The translations under genes were made by a program, and so were the position numbers. Positions 44,944 to 54,052 of a stretch of DNA of 64,000 nt are shown here, piece by piece. Each line of letters opens with the position of its first letter. Position 1 is the first letter of the stretch. Location of the stretch: positions 32,001 through 96,000 of the IMG/VR virus record IMGVR_UViG_3300007512_001664, one strand, 5' to 3'. The notes under the pieces were generated by a model. That model searched no databases. It had not been told where the DNA came from and saw nothing but the letters and a program-made list of their open reading frames with translations. This DNA is from a virus (taxonomy: Duplodnaviria > Caudoviricetes).

Positions 44944-45998
44944 TGGAGTCGTTTACAAAAAGTCTTGATAAAATCTATTATAATTTAGATGAATGGGGAC
45001 CGGTGTATACTGAAGCTTTATATCGAGGAGCGGATCCTGAATTAGATGATAATTATAAGAGAGGGTCAAAGGTCGGTTGGTTAGCGGGTCTAGCAGCAGC
45101 AGCTCTTTATCTCGGATACCCTGAGGTAACTAAAAGATCACCACAAGAGAATAAAGTTCATGCCGTACAAATATATAATGATGCTTTAAACAGTAAGAAG
45201 GAAAGAGATGAACTCTACGAAACAGCAAAAGAAATTGCTGCTATAATCTTTCAATTCCCTGAAGAACAAAGAGATGAAGTTTTTAACAGTGTCGGTATAG
45301 TACCGACTACTCATCGCCATGGATGGAATAGATCAAATAGAGACGGTGCTTCTGCAGAAGCACATCTTCAATCATCAATTATAAAAATTTATAATCATTA
45401 TCTAACAACAAACTGGGCAAAAAACGAAAGTACTATGAATACATTTAAAACATTTGAAAAGGAAATATCCAACTGGATAACAGAGACTGACAGCAAATTT
45501 GATCAAGATATATTTAATATCTTATCTGACATGGAAGCTGAGCTTGAGACGGGTGAATATTCTCAAGAAGAGACTGTTGATACTGTCAGTGATCGACTTC
45601 AGTCGGAATTAGGTAAAGAGATATCTACTGAAGAAGGAGCTCGTATTGAACAAAAGGTTGAAGACTTTTATGATATGCTAGGTCTCGAGGCTATCCCAGC
45701 TGATAGGCGATCAAGAGATTATTTGCTTCAACAGACACCAGATCCAGCTGGGTCATCTAAATCCTGGACCACAGGAACCAATGTAGCACCCAAAGTAGAA
45801 GGGCAACCATGGGTACATAGTGATGATGATTTTATAGAGTTTTTAAGGTGGTTAGTTAAGAAAGAAAATGACGAAGGTGATCTTCAATTCAGCGCACAAA
45901 CTATTGTTGATGTAGTAGAAAGACCAGACAAATATCAACCAGAGTACACAGAGTTTTTAGATTGGAAGCAAAGAGTAGATAATGATCCGTACCTATAA
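44940..45998 (+). CDS. acidic modular protein with hydrophobic segment and internal leader-like motif
   Basis: VGWLAGLAAAALYLG; internal MNTFKTFEKEISNWITE. Confidence 0.65.
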   Translation: MMESFTKSLDKIYYNLDEWGPVYTEALYRGADPELDDNYKRGSKVGWLAGLAAAALYLGYPEVTKRSPQENKVHAVQIYNDALNSKKERDELYETAKEIAAIIFQFPEEQRDEVFNSVGIVPTTHRHGWNRSNRDGASAEAHLQSSIIKIYNHYLTTNWAKNESTMNTFKTFEKEISNWITETDSKFDQDIFNILSDMEAELETGEYSQEETVDTVSDRLQSELGKEISTEEGARIEQKVEDFYDMLGLEAIPADRRSRDYLLQQTPDPAGSSKSWTTGTNVAPKVEGQPWVHSDDDFIEFLRWLVKKENDEGDLQFSAQTIVDVVERPDKYQPEYTEFLDWKQRVDNDPYL

Positions 45999-46165
45999 TG
46001 TCAGATGAAAAAGACAACGAGGTTGACTATCATGAATTATACAGACACACTAAACGCAAACTTCTCAGACGGGATTATGTTCTATTTACCCTCGCCTCAA
46101 TTTTGATAATTACTATATTTTTTATATACATGTCACACATATCATCTAACTAAACCTACGTAAAG

Positions 46166-47047
46166 ATGAAAATTGATATAATTTATACTTATTATAATGG
46201 TGACAAGCTACTTGAAAGGTATATCGATCATTGGAATAATAATTTCAATAATGTTAAACATAAAATTAATTTTGTTATAGTAGACGATCATAGTATTGAT
46301 TCATATAAAGCTATAAACACAATAGAAAAAAAAGATATAAATTATAATTTACAATTATATTATGTAGAGGATGATATTTTATGGAACGAGATGGGCGCTC
46401 GTAATTTAGGTGGAAGTCAAACAACGTCAGATATCTTGTTATTTTTAGACTGGGATCATTTGATAACAGAAAATTTAATAAATGAAATCTTTACATGGAC
46501 TTTTAATAATCAAAGTCTTTATCTTTTTTATAAAGCGATGCTTCCGCCCCATCATCCCTTATGGGACGAGGATCCTATAACATTTAGAAAAGTAAAATTA
46601 AATGGTGCAAGCGAGGGTACGCAACACCCGCTTGTTGGTTGTGATTACGATGAATGGTTACAAAAAACAGTCGTTCAACTGAGAGAAAAAAAATCTAAAT
46701 TAAAGTCATTGGATCCTTCTGCTTTTTGTTTATCGAGAGAGTTATGGCATAAGGTAGGAGGGTTTGATGAAGATTTTGCTGGAGGATATGGAGAGTATGA
46801 TCGAACGTTCCGAAAAAATCTCTATAATTATAAAGCAAAAGAAATTACGATGAATAAAACTCCTCTTATCATACTTAAACAAGGTAGAACACGACGTGTT
46901 TTAAGAGCATCGATGGTCGAACGAAATGTTAAAGGTAATAATTACAAGAGAAATAGACAGCTTTATAAGAAAAAAGCTCATAGCTTTTATACTCCGAGCT
47001 CACCAATACGTTTTAAATATACTAAACAATATGAACATTTTATCTAA
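46166..47047 (+). CDS. glycosyltransferase (GT2/GT7-like)
   Basis: IVDDHS...ARNLG...LLFLDWDH...GGFDEDFAGGYGEYD. Confidence 0.8.
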   Translation: MKIDIIYTYYNGDKLLERYIDHWNNNFNNVKHKINFVIVDDHSIDSYKAINTIEKKDINYNLQLYYVEDDILWNEMGARNLGGSQTTSDILLFLDWDHLITENLINEIFTWTFNNQSLYLFYKAMLPPHHPLWDEDPITFRKVKLNGASEGTQHPLVGCDYDEWLQKTVVQLREKKSKLKSLDPSAFCLSRELWHKVGGFDEDFAGGYGEYDRTFRKNLYNYKAKEITMNKTPLIILKQGRTRRVLRASMVERNVKGNNYKRNRQLYKKKAHSFYTPSSPIRFKYTKQYEHFI

Positions 47048-47063
47048 ATATATATAGCATGAT

Positions 47064-48383
47064 ATGAGCTTCGAACCATTCATACAAAATAGAAGAGGAT
47101 TCTTATCTACATTAGCTAAAGGTATAGGAGTACTTGCTAGTCCAGATGCAGTAACAAATGTAGCTAAAGCAGCAGGAAGATCTACACCTAACCAACCTCT
47201 TAAAGCAGGTCTCGGTCATGTATATAGAGCACTCTTAAAAACTACTGGAGACTATCATGAGTATTCGCCGGGATTCAGTATTAAGCAAAGAGAGCATATA
47301 ACTCAGATAGCTATGGCCGCTCTACATAAAGTAGAAAAAGAGGATTGGTCAGATGAAGTTGTAGGCTTTAAGGATATGGTAGGTCACTTTCAATATTATT
47401 TTGATGAAGGAGAATCATTTGAAGATGCGTACACTGCGTTTGAAGATGATAATATGTTTGATATATATGATCTCGTAAAGAAATACGCATATGATTTAAG
47501 AACTGTCGGTTCAGTTGACACAAAAGATCTAACAGATCGTATGGTAAGAGAAATTTCAGATGGAAATGGGTTCGATGATTTTTGGGATACGCTGGCGATG
47601 AAACATGGTCCTAGAGAGCCCGGTGAACAAAGACCAGACGATAGAGATTATTTAGATAAAGATTACGCACAGGGCCCTCATATGAATAGCGCGCAAGTAA
47701 GCTTTAAAGATTTCCACAACCTTAACGAAGCATTCGATAAACCTTATTCATTTAATGTAGATAGCAGCGAGTACCCTCTAACAGTCTATAACTTTACAGT
47801 AGACGACGTCGACGATCCATATACCGTACAAGCCGTATTCGATCCAGTAGATACATTAGATCAATTTATAGAACCAGAGAGAGATAGCGCTGGTATCGCA
47901 AAGCAAGACCACCGCCAAGCGGTTAAACAGGCTGATCGATACATAGCATTTAAGTATCCCAGCGCTATTAAACCAGAATACGCTAAAGTTATTGAATATG
48001 GATTTTCAGATAAAGGATCTGGATCAATCGAGAAAACCGGGAAAGGCGGCCATAGTGCTACTCGTGTCATTGGTACTGTCATACAAATAGCTCAGCATTA
48101 TATGATTACCAGAGAGCCCAAAGTCTTACTCTTTACTGGCGCTAAAGATGAGAATAGAGGCCCTATCTATACTAAACTAACTCACTTGGCATTCAGATCT
48201 CTTAAAGATGGTGCACTGTCTGGTTATAACTACTTCATAGATGACCACCTTAAGGGAGATGTAAGATTTTGGATCTATAAAGAAAAGGATATACCTTACC
48301 TCGGTGACGAGAACTTCCAGGAATTCTTAACTAATGATCGATGGCATCAGCAAAACCCTGGCCTTGATAATGTATACGCATAA
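47064..48383 (+). CDS. modular protein with N-terminal twin-arginine motif and internal leader
   Basis: NRRGFL; internal SFKDFHNLNE-AFDKPY; TAAATA at 47045. Confidence 0.7.
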   Translation: MSFEPFIQNRRGFLSTLAKGIGVLASPDAVTNVAKAAGRSTPNQPLKAGLGHVYRALLKTTGDYHEYSPGFSIKQREHITQIAMAALHKVEKEDWSDEVVGFKDMVGHFQYYFDEGESFEDAYTAFEDDNMFDIYDLVKKYAYDLRTVGSVDTKDLTDRMVREISDGNGFDDFWDTLAMKHGPREPGEQRPDDRDYLDKDYAQGPHMNSAQVSFKDFHNLNEAFDKPYSFNVDSSEYPLTVYNFTVDDVDDPYTVQAVFDPVDTLDQFIEPERDSAGIAKQDHRQAVKQADRYIAFKYPSAIKPEYAKVIEYGFSDKGSGSIEKTGKGGHSATRVIGTVIQIAQHYMITREPKVLLFTGAKDENRGPIYTKLTHLAFRSLKDGALSGYNYFIDDHLKGDVRFWIYKEKDIPYLGDENFQEFLTNDRWHQQNPGLDNVYA

Positions 48384-48968
48384 ATGATACCTTTTAAACA
48401 GTATATTGCTGAGGCAAATCCTAAGTCTCTCATAGTTGTTGATGTTCAACCAGTCTATACTCATCTGATGCAAGATGAAGTAACTGCGATAACAGAGTTC
48501 ATAAACACAAAAGCTGAGAGAGTGCTAGCATATTTTAACGGTGAAGATGCTGGTGAGAGAGATACTTTAGAAGATGTTAAGCAGTGGTACCTTGATAATG
48601 GACTAGAGGAAGAGAGCTTAGCTAAGATAAACTTCCAAGAGAAAACATATGCATACCTTAGAGGGTGGATGGACGATGTGGAGGAGAGGGATATTATAAA
48701 GGTAGTCAGATATATGGTGACTAATAGAATACAACAGTCTGACCAGATAGGTAATAGTGCTATAGTTGAATTATTAGGAATAGATGTAGCTAGGGAAGTT
48801 GATGATATTGATCCTATATACATTCCTGATATTGATCTTTCATTAATTAAACAGTATAACAAATCGTATATTGGTGGTGGAGGGCGCCATGAATGTTTAA
48901 AAGAAATTACTCTTATGATGAATGCATTCAATATTAAATACAAATTAATCAACAATTTCATATATTAA
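48384..48968 (+). CDS. isochorismatase/cysteine-hydrolase-like protein with capsid-targeting-like leader
   Basis: MIPFKQYIAE; SLIVVDVQP; GGGRHECL. Confidence 0.7.
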   Translation: MIPFKQYIAEANPKSLIVVDVQPVYTHLMQDEVTAITEFINTKAERVLAYFNGEDAGERDTLEDVKQWYLDNGLEEESLAKINFQEKTYAYLRGWMDDVEERDIIKVVRYMVTNRIQQSDQIGNSAIVELLGIDVAREVDDIDPIYIPDIDLSLIKQYNKSYIGGGGRHECLKEITLMMNAFNIKYKLINNFIY

Positions 48969-49163
48969 ATGATCCAAGTAAGCTTACGTAAAGATGAGTC
49001 TATCGATAAAGCTCTTAAGAAGCTTAAAAAGAAATTAGATAGAGACAATATACTCAAAGAATGTCGAGATAGACGATATTTCGAAAAACCGTCAGCAAAA
49101 AAGAGACGTAAATTGAAAGAAGCTAAGTTCAAAGCTATGTTAGACGCACGTGATTTTGACTAA
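48969..49163 (+). CDS. rpsU: ribosomal protein bS21
   Basis: VSLRKDESIDKALKKLKKK...LKECRDRRYFEKPSAKKRRK. Confidence 0.9.
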   Translation: MIQVSLRKDESIDKALKKLKKKLDRDNILKECRDRRYFEKPSAKKRRKLKEAKFKAMLDARDFD

Positions 49164-49171
49164 ATACTTAT

Positions 49172-49768
49172 GTGAAGTCATTTATCGATTTTATTAACGA
49201 GGCAGGAAAGTTTCCTACAGTTACATTAACTCAACCGTATTCGCAATCGCGTCCCGGAGCAGGAAAGCGGTTCCGTAATAAGAAAGACCCCAAAAGAGCC
49301 AATCAACAACAAGCTCTAAGAGATCAAGGCTATCGCTGGGATAAAGAAAAGAAAAAATGGGTTAAAGGCACTGTTCCTGTCAGTGCATCAACCGTGGAGT
49401 CTAAACAAGCCAAGTACATTGAAGAAGCCAAAAGAGGTCGTGAGAGTTATGAGACACGTAACCCAGATTTTGTTGATGCTTTATTAGATATTTTTTCTGC
49501 CCTCCAAGATCGAAACATAGAAAAAGGAATGACGTTAAATCGTTTTACAAATCAAGACGTTATTAAACTAATCGATGATCATGAAGTTTATGGTATTAAT
49601 GGCACTAATCCATGGCCTTCACAACATAAGGAGCGTTATATATCTAATCTTCGTCGTCTACTTGGAGTTGAAACACCCGGAAGAAAGCAAAGAAAAGATA
49701 CAGGAAAAGAGCAGGGTACTCATGATACAGGTGATGAATGGTCAGATTGGCTTAAACCGGAAGCATGA
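49172..49768 (+). CDS. basic modular protein with capsid-targeting-like leader
   Basis: MKSFIDFINE-AG. Confidence 0.7.
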   Translation: MKSFIDFINEAGKFPTVTLTQPYSQSRPGAGKRFRNKKDPKRANQQQALRDQGYRWDKEKKKWVKGTVPVSASTVESKQAKYIEEAKRGRESYETRNPDFVDALLDIFSALQDRNIEKGMTLNRFTNQDVIKLIDDHEVYGINGTNPWPSQHKERYISNLRRLLGVETPGRKQRKDTGKEQGTHDTGDEWSDWLKPEA

Positions 49769-51141
49769 GAGATACAGAAGCACAACTAATTTTTGAGACT
49801 TACGTAGAAGCAAAGGATGTAAGTCGACGAGATTTCTTTAAGCTATTAGGTAGAGGTGCTGCAACAGTCGCGACAGTTCCTTGGACTAAACTACTATCAG
49901 CTCCTAAGTTAGCTGCAGCAGTCACAGCACCATTTAAGATTGGTGCAGGTACTATACTTAATCCTCAGGCTCTGCATTGGTACTACGTTCGTAAGTTTGT
50001 TAACAAAGCAGAGGAAAGCGGTCTCACTCCAGTAGATGTAACAGATGAAAGGCATTACGAGGACCCAGTCGACGAGATATCTTTTGAAGCATTTGAGTGG
50101 GTTTCCAAGAATGTAATTAATATGTATGTTGATGATCGAGATCATGCTGTAGATAGAGAAGGAGACACGATAGCACCCACTATGGCTGAGTTGATCAATG
50201 ATCACGGATGGGATGAAGAGCATTTTATAGATGATCCTAATTTTCCGGAATGGGCGAAACCTCTTCTCACTAAAGATGAAGAAGATATGACTGATGAAGA
50301 GGAAGAAAAATATCAGAACTTAATGAATTCAAAGTGGTTTGATAAGCAGATGGTGATTAACTGGGATGGTGAGCAGGGCCATGGAGCTGATGAAGAGGTA
50401 GAAGAAATGCTAAGAAATTGGACTGGGTGGCATCACAAGTCGCCAGGGTCAGGTGATGTCGGGGGCCCCCTTCATGGTGATGAACTTATTACTACTGTCT
50501 TTGATTACATTGTAGATCTCAATCGCAAACGTAATGATGAGGGAAAGTTTATGGACATTAATGAGATAATGAAGATGGACTTTAAACAAGAGTTCTTACC
50601 TGGTGTTGTAAAGTATGCGAGAGAGCTGGCTGTAGCTCGATCAACTCGGTTGACAGGAAACCAACAGAGACAAGCAGGGCAAGATTTTCAAAAAGCTAAA
50701 GACGAGCTACAAAAAGACTACCTACCTAAAAGACCAGGCCAACCAGCTGAGTGGGATGATGTACATCCGGATGTTGAATGGTGGCACGAAGGTGATTTTA
50801 AATGGTGGGAGCGTCGGTTTGATGATGATGTTATTAATAGTGATAAGATCGAACAATATAAGGTTTTTGCTGATAAAATAATACAGAATCCTTTCGAAGA
50901 CGGCTTACTGTGGCCAACCACTGGGGAACCAGCTTATAGCCCTGAAGAAAGCAAAGCGATAATTAAAAAACTTAAACAAGAAGCACATGATTGGTTGAAA
51001 TGGTATGAGATGACAAAGGATAGTAGAAAGCCTAATCAAGCACATATCAAACATCCATATGGAGTAGGTAGACCTCAGAGCGGTTTACAAACAGCTAGTA
51101 CTAAGCCTACATTTAAACAGTTCTTTTTAATAAATAATTAA
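49765..51141 (+). CDS. acidic protein: type-B leader, twin-arginine motif, C-terminal TFKQFF
   Basis: MRDTEAQLIFETYVE-AKDVSRRDFFKLLG...PTFKQFFLINN. Confidence 0.75.
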   Translation: MRDTEAQLIFETYVEAKDVSRRDFFKLLGRGAATVATVPWTKLLSAPKLAAAVTAPFKIGAGTILNPQALHWYYVRKFVNKAEESGLTPVDVTDERHYEDPVDEISFEAFEWVSKNVINMYVDDRDHAVDREGDTIAPTMAELINDHGWDEEHFIDDPNFPEWAKPLLTKDEEDMTDEEEEKYQNLMNSKWFDKQMVINWDGEQGHGADEEVEEMLRNWTGWHHKSPGSGDVGGPLHGDELITTVFDYIVDLNRKRNDEGKFMDINEIMKMDFKQEFLPGVVKYARELAVARSTRLTGNQQRQAGQDFQKAKDELQKDYLPKRPGQPAEWDDVHPDVEWWHEGDFKWWERRFDDDVINSDKIEQYKVFADKIIQNPFEDGLLWPTTGEPAYSPEESKAIIKKLKQEAHDWLKWYEMTKDSRKPNQAHIKHPYGVGRPQSGLQTASTKPTFKQFFLINN

Positions 51142-51142
51142 G

Positions 51143-51466
51143 ATGAACGAACTTAGCAATGCAGTAACACCAACGTTTAATAAGGTAATTAAGCGTTTAT
51201 CTGAAGTAGAAGATGGTGATGCTTTATCAATAGCTAATGGTCATGTAAAAAATACCCCCAGTCTTGAGGGAACGCCTACAGTATATACACTTGATCCAGC
51301 AGATGGTAATTCTGGTATAGTACAATATTCAATGAAAAGAGAATCTGGCGGTGGATCAATGGTAGTAATTGTTAGAGAGGGTCAAGTTATCTGGTCTGGA
51401 ATTTCTATTGAAAGAGTAAGCAACATTGCAAATGCAGCGTTAATGAGCCCGGGAATAGGTAAATAA
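51143..51466 (+). CDS. hypothetical protein
   Basis: TAAATA upstream. Confidence 0.6.
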   Translation: MNELSNAVTPTFNKVIKRLSEVEDGDALSIANGHVKNTPSLEGTPTVYTLDPADGNSGIVQYSMKRESGGGSMVVIVREGQVIWSGISIERVSNIANAALMSPGIGK

Positions 51467-51474
51467 TTAGAACA

Positions 51475-52269
51475 ATGAAGTATGATACAGAAGCACAATT
51501 AATTTGGGAAGCCGCGCAAAAGAAGAGGTCACCTGTTGAAGAAGGTAAACCACACAATTGCGCTACACACGTAGAGCATTCTAAGTGGGGTAAAGGTGAA
51601 TGTATTTCAGAGAGCCATGCTGAACCAGATGAAAATGGTAATGTAGCCTGGTATAATGTTGTATTTGAACACGGCACTGAGACAGTCAATACTGCTGATG
51701 TTAAAGTGCTTAAATCTAGTCATCATATGCACGCTAGTCATAATCCTATTAAAATTAGTAAAAATCGAGGTGAATATGCTTTGCGAATGAGAGCTGATGG
51801 ATGGCAACGTTGTCCGCATAATTGTATTCCAGATGATGGTAATCCTCCTACATATCGACATGTCGATGGTGTGCCTTGTCCAGAGTGTGAAGGAAAAGGA
51901 TATGTTACTTCAGACCATATAAAATCTACCGATAGGCCAGTGCAAGTGCCACCAAACCCCAAAACCGATGAGTTCGGTCGAGCTAAAGGTGATATTGGCC
52001 ATATGTATGCTTCTACTAAATCAGATCCAAGTAAATTAACAGAAGCAAGCCCAGATGATAATTTTGCCGCTAGCCAGTCAATGATATCAGCAATATATAA
52101 AGAAATTGATGAGTATATGACTCGAGCAGGAGCCGAGGATTTAAAAGATAACGTACTTGCTATTGTTAAGCAATATTTGGAGGGGCCGATAATATCGACT
52201 CCACCTAGCAGTAGCGATTACAGTGGCAAGGCAATTGCAAATCCTTATACACCTTACCCGACAGGATAA
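51475..52269 (+). CDS. type-B leader modular protein (His-rich module, CxxCxGxG, shared C-terminal module)
   Basis: MKYDTEAQLIWE; HNCATHVEH...; CPECEGKG; KEIDEYMT module. Confidence 0.7.
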   Translation: MKYDTEAQLIWEAAQKKRSPVEEGKPHNCATHVEHSKWGKGECISESHAEPDENGNVAWYNVVFEHGTETVNTADVKVLKSSHHMHASHNPIKISKNRGEYALRMRADGWQRCPHNCIPDDGNPPTYRHVDGVPCPECEGKGYVTSDHIKSTDRPVQVPPNPKTDEFGRAKGDIGHMYASTKSDPSKLTEASPDDNFAASQSMISAIYKEIDEYMTRAGAEDLKDNVLAIVKQYLEGPIISTPPSSSDYSGKAIANPYTPYPTG

Positions 52270-52274
52270 TAGCC

Positions 52275-52589
52275 ATGAAAGATAAAGACGCACAACTAAT
52301 GATGGAAGCCTTACAAAAGCAAAAAGTAAATGAAGCTGACTATTATGAAGATGACAATAGTACTGACACATATTTACAGTGGAAACTCGCAGAAGACAGA
52401 TGGCATGAAAAATTAGCTGACTTAGAACCTCTTGATGAGCTTGCAGCGCGCTATGGTGGTGAAGATATTAATCCAGCTGGTGGTAACATAAAGGGTGGTA
52501 ATATCATTGATTGGCTAGCTAAACAGATCAACCAACCAGGTTCGGACTTTGTTGGTTATTTTGAGCAGCAACTTATGAAAGAGCAATAG
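52275..52589 (+). CDS. type-B leader cassette protein
   Basis: MKDKDAQLMMEALQKQKVNE-A. Confidence 0.75.
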   Translation: MKDKDAQLMMEALQKQKVNEADYYEDDNSTDTYLQWKLAEDRWHEKLADLEPLDELAARYGGEDINPAGGNIKGGNIIDWLAKQINQPGSDFVGYFEQQLMKEQ

Positions 52590-52590
52590 T

Positions 52591-52863
52591 ATGAGAGATA
52601 AAGACGCACATTTAATGATGGAAGCCTTACGACTACAAGAAGATAGTCTAGACGATCAACTTGATGACGCTGGTAATGTGATACAACCAGATAATTTATC
52701 ACAAAGAATAGATGCTCTTGAAGCAGAAGTAGCACAACTAAAAGTAACAGTTAGTCGGAATAATTTAATAGGACTTATAAAGGATACTGTAATGGGTATA
52801 TTGACAACAGTTTTGCCATTCGCAGTCGGTAAACCTATACAAGATCCTAATATAAAACGATGA
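52591..52863 (+). CDS. type-B leader cassette protein
   Basis: MRDKDAHLMMEALRLQE-D. Confidence 0.75.
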   Translation: MRDKDAHLMMEALRLQEDSLDDQLDDAGNVIQPDNLSQRIDALEAEVAQLKVTVSRNNLIGLIKDTVMGILTTVLPFAVGKPIQDPNIKR

Positions 52864-53357
52864 GAGATAAAGACGCACATTTAATGATGGAAGCTTTACA
52901 AAAGGTGAATGAAGCTGAGCAAGATACACCTAGCGCTACAGCAGAAGTCCTACGACAAGTGCATAAAGAAATTGATGAGTATATGACTACGGCTGTATTT
53001 ACCGTAGGTGGTGAGGATTTAAAATGGAACGTACTTGCTATTATCAAGCAATATTTGACCGATAACCCGTCCGCCTTGCCGACGACCCCACGTGGATATG
53101 ATGAACCGTCAAATGAACCGTCAAATGATCCGTTGCAACGTGTCGCTAACTTAGCTATAGATAAAATATCAGACGGCGCACTCTCTAACCTTTCAATCAA
53201 TGATATTATTGATGTGTCTATAGAAGATATCGAGTCTGAGACAGGTGAACGACAATATGATCTTAATGAACCTAACACTCGTGATAGAATTAAAAATATA
53301 ATGATTACTGCGTTAACTAAAGATCGAAGCCATTTAATGAAAGGATATGAACGATGA
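52860..53357 (+). CDS. type-B leader cassette protein
   Basis: MRDKDAHLMMEALQKVNE-A. Confidence 0.75.
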   Translation: MRDKDAHLMMEALQKVNEAEQDTPSATAEVLRQVHKEIDEYMTTAVFTVGGEDLKWNVLAIIKQYLTDNPSALPTTPRGYDEPSNEPSNDPLQRVANLAIDKISDGALSNLSINDIIDVSIEDIESETGERQYDLNEPNTRDRIKNIMITALTKDRSHLMKGYER

Positions 53358-53758
53358 AAGATAAAGATGCACAACTAATGATGGAAGCTTTAAAAGAAGC
53401 TGTAGGTGATTATACGGACGACCCAACTGCCGATGATGGTGGAGCAGCAGCCCAGCGCCGCACCGGTGCGTGGTTAAATGCCTATGCACCTCGCGATGAG
53501 GGATTCGGTGGTGACTTTTTTGGCTTTTTTAATAGTATCGAATTTGACGAGGCCGGCGCTCATGCGCTGGTGCAATGGTTAACACAATATAAACAAAACT
53601 ATACAGGCCCAAATGTCGACCATCCAACACGGAAGCCGCCGCATGCACAGGGCTATCAGACTCGAGACCAGTATGACGCGGATGAAGCTGAGCGAGCGCG
53701 AGCGGATCGCGAAGCAGAAGCTCGGCCAGGCAGGCAACATGGCGGCTATCCGGGATAG
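53354..53758 (+). CDS. type-B leader cassette protein
   Basis: MKDKDAQLMMEALKE-A. Confidence 0.75.
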   Translation: MKDKDAQLMMEALKEAVGDYTDDPTADDGGAAAQRRTGAWLNAYAPRDEGFGGDFFGFFNSIEFDEAGAHALVQWLTQYKQNYTGPNVDHPTRKPPHAQGYQTRDQYDADEAERARADREAEARPGRQHGGYPG

Positions 53759-53785
53759 CAGGATACAGATAAGATTAATAATACA

Positions 53786-54052
53786 ATGAGAGATAAAGAC
53801 GCACAACTAATTTGGGAAACGCTTCAAGGTGCACCAGCGCCTTTACCAGTTGATAGAAATGGTAAAGAAATACAAGTAGGTGATATAATTCAAGGAGAAG
53901 CTCCTTCTAGGAATGAACCAACACCTGAGTTTGTTGTAGTAGGCGTTAGTCGTGATCCGAATATTGAAGATGCTATAAGTGTAGTTCCACTGGATGTTAA
54001 GACACAATCAGCTAAATGGTTTAGTGTTGTTGATAGTATAGGAGGTAATTAA
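53786..54052 (+). CDS. type-B leader cassette protein (SH3/YopX-like DxNGKEIxVGD motif)
   Basis: MRDKDAQLIWETL; VDRNGKEIQVGDII. Confidence 0.7.
   Translation: MRDKDAQLIWETLQGAPAPLPVDRNGKEIQVGDIIQGEAPSRNEPTPEFVVVGVSRDPNIEDAISVVPLDVKTQSAKWFSVVDSIGGN

Noticed and set aside
52275-53830. Regularly recurring ~40-nt repeats as a CRISPR array or integron attC array
   Set aside because: The repeats are the coding 5' ends of ORFs, spacing varies from about 270 to 500 nt, they are not palindromic, and there is no cas or integrase gene in the window.
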